NCBI GenBank assembly: GCA_963771885.1
Contig: CAVYVF010000002.1
Location: 1-64,000, forward strand
Length of the DNA: 64,000 nucleotides
Source of the DNA: Candidatus Bathyarchaeota archaeon
GTDB taxonomy: Archaea > Thermoproteota > Bathyarchaeia > TCS64
Reading direction: 5' to 3'
Shown: positions 62,014-64,000 of the stretch, piece by piece
Layout: every line of letters starts with the position of its first letter
How positions within the stretch are numbered: position 1 is the stretch's first letter
Notes under the pieces: generated by a model
Told to the model about the DNA's origin: nothing
Databases searched by the model: none
What the model saw: only the letters and a program-made list of their open reading frames with translations
Translations under genes and position numbers: made by a program

Positions 62014-63219
62014 GTGGCTAGTTTGACCGTTTCGGCTTCGGATTGGGTTCGAGATCACAGGGACGACGCCATAAGGGTTCTCCAGGAGTTCATCCGGGTG
62101 CCGAGCCCGAGTGGGCAGGAGAAGGCCTGCGGAGAGAAGGTAGCTGAGGCAATGCGCGTCGCCGGATTCGACACCGCAAGCGTTGACGCCTTAGGGGACG
62201 CGATGGGTGTGCTGAAAGGCTCAGGTGGAGGCCGTAGCCTCCTTATGAACGGGCACATAGATCATGTGCCCGTCGGCGACATGGCCGATCCCTACTCTGC
62301 GAAGCTGATGGACGGCGCCACCTTCGGCACAAAGGGCGAGGTTATCTACGGCCGCGCCGCATGCGACATGAAGGCGGGCGTAGCCGCTATGGTCATGGCG
62401 GGCGCTTACCTCAAAGACGCCGGAGTCAAGCTCAAGGGAGACTACAAGGTCGCCGCTGTCGGGCAGGAGGAGATTGGCGGAGCGGGCACGGTCTCCACTA
62501 TCGACAAGGACCAATTCCTAGCGGACGTTGTCCTCATCGGCGAGGCGACGAACATGGACCTCGCCCTAGGCCACAGGGGCTCAATGAAGATGAACGTAGT
62601 CGTCAAGGGGAGGAGCTGCCACGCGAGTGCCCCCGAGAGAGGGATAAACGCCCTCTACAAGGCGACCGACCTGATGACTAGAATTAGGAACGAGCTAGTC
62701 CCGCAGCTCCCAAACGACCCCCTCTTCGGTAAAGTCAGCCTCACAATTACGATGATCGAGGTGAAGCCCGGCGCATTCAACGTCGTCCCCGAGGAGTGTC
62801 GTTTCGCCATCGACTGTCGCAACACGCCGAACTATACCGCTGAGAACCTCTACCACGACTTGCAGGCGATCATCGCTGATCAGGGCTTGAAGGACCCCGA
62901 GTTCAAGGCGAGTGTGCTACCCACGCCTCTAATCAGGGGTGAAAGGATATTCAATGGCTTCTACACCGATCCCAAGGTCTTCCCCGTCGTGGAGGAGGCG
63001 GAAGCCGCCATCAAGGACGCCCTCAACAAGGCTCCCCGGAGGAAGGTCTGGACATTTGCCACCGACGGCAAGTTCTACAGCTGGCTCGGCATCCCTGTTA
63101 TAGGCTTCGGCCCCGGCGAGGAGCAGTTCGCACACACCGCGATGGACCACGTCAGGATCGAGGACTATCTAAAGACGATAGAGGTCTACGCCGCGATAGC
63201 CCAGAAGGTCTGTGCGTAG
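62014..63219 (+). CDS. M20 metallopeptidase (YgeY/DapE-like)
   Basis: NGHIDHV, GRAACDMK, QEE, GRSCHAS, FATDG, GFGPG. Confidence 0.92.
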   Translation: MASLTVSASDWVRDHRDDAIRVLQEFIRVPSPSGQEKACGEKVAEAMRVAGFDTASVDALGDAMGVLKGSGGGRSLLMNGHIDHVPVGDMADPYSAKLMDGATFGTKGEVIYGRAACDMKAGVAAMVMAGAYLKDAGVKLKGDYKVAAVGQEEIGGAGTVSTIDKDQFLADVVLIGEATNMDLALGHRGSMKMNVVVKGRSCHASAPERGINALYKATDLMTRIRNELVPQLPNDPLFGKVSLTITMIEVKPGAFNVVPEECRFAIDCRNTPNYTAENLYHDLQAIIADQGLKDPEFKASVLPTPLIRGERIFNGFYTDPKVFPVVEEAEAAIKDALNKAPRRKVWTFATDGKFYSWLGIPVIGFGPGEEQFAHTAMDHVRIEDYLKTIEVYAAIAQKVCA

Positions 63220-63265
63220 CCCCATTAGCCCCAAGCTTAAACCCTCCACCAACCCTTTTTACCCC

Positions 63266-64000
63266 ATGATCAGCCCCCTGGACGAACTCGACCAGATGCG
63301 CCGAATCGACCCGCGTGGGATGCTCGACGTTATCACTGCCCTCCCGGAGAGTGCCGAGGACGCTATCGAGAAGGCGGAGAAGGTCATATTCAAGTTTGTG
63401 CGCTTCAGAAGCCTCGTCGTCGCGGGGATGGGCGGCTCAGCCGTCGGTGGCCTCTTACTCCGTGACTGGCTTCAGCCGATAAGCCCCGTCCCTATAGTGG
63501 TTTCCCGCGACTACTCCATCCCCGGATATGTTGACAGAGACACACTGTTCTTCGCTGTCAGCTATTCTGGGGGTACTGAGGAGACACTGAGCGCCTACGA
63601 GGAGGCGTCAAAGAGGCGTGCGAAGATAATCGCTTTCACGTCTGGCGGTGAACTCTCTAAGCGGTCGTTCGCAGCACGCGTCACAACTTACATGCTGCCA
63701 ACAGGTTTCCAGCCACGCGCCGCAATCGCCCACCAGTTCTTCACTCTCGCCGTCGCCGCACGCAAGGCAGGGATAGCCGGCGACTCATGGTGGGAGGTAA
63801 AGGAGGCGATTGACGTCCTCAAGGCGATTAGAGAAGAGATGCGCCCCGAGGTGCCGCTCTGGTCGAATCCAGCTAAGAGACTCGCCGAGGAGATCAAGGG
63901 CTACATTCCTATTGTCTACGGCAGCAGTATACATGAGGCTGTCGCCTATAGGTGGAATACGCAGTTGAACGAGAACGGGAAGAGCCCCGCCGGGTCAAGC
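63266..64000 (+). CDS. Bifunctional phosphoglucose/phosphomannose isomerase (runs off window)
   Basis: AGMGGSAVGG, VSYSGGTEETL, QPRAA, RWNTQLNENGK. Confidence 0.92.
   Translation, partial: MISPLDELDQMRRIDPRGMLDVITALPESAEDAIEKAEKVIFKFVRFRSLVVAGMGGSAVGGLLLRDWLQPISPVPIVVSRDYSIPGYVDRDTLFFAVSYSGGTEETLSAYEEASKRRAKIIAFTSGGELSKRSFAARVTTYMLPTGFQPRAAIAHQFFTLAVAARKAGIAGDSWWEVKEAIDVLKAIREEMRPEVPLWSNPAKRLAEEIKGYIPIVYGSSIHEAVAYRWNTQLNENGKSPAGSS

Noticed and set aside
1..64000. CRISPR array or cas genes
   Set aside because: No regularly spaced repeat-spacer series; the 32-bp repeats are 807 bp apart around a gene.

Overview
This is an archaeal chromosomal window. NAC, aIF-2beta, L14e, DUF424 and a tetraether synthase support that. 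Gene content and style suggest Bathyarchaeia, which is an inference. High-GC3 housekeeping and metabolic blocks (fhs-folD, nac, aIF-2beta, hypA-mrp, hom, aconitase X, GH172, frlC, cax, M20 hydrolases, tes, DUF106-cmk-rpl14e, gcvPA/PB, ferredoxin, pgi/pmi) alternate with two AT-richer accessory patches. One spans about 1-12.2 kb. The other spans about 26.7-33.4 kb and starts at a tRNA-Ser(CGA), with a 13-bp att-like repeat and a probable integrase stub. The most striking unexplained signal is a set of pure alternating (CG)n runs that sit at the joints between accessory genes. They also mark the break points of several truncated genes (integrase-like, two GNAT pieces, an alpha/beta hydrolase, DUF1905), which suggests a (CG)n-directed recombination, deletion or cassette-shuffling process. 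Many genes, including normally essential ones, carry single frameshifts that are most simply read as long-read indel errors. All family assignments are by-eye motif recognition; no searches were run.
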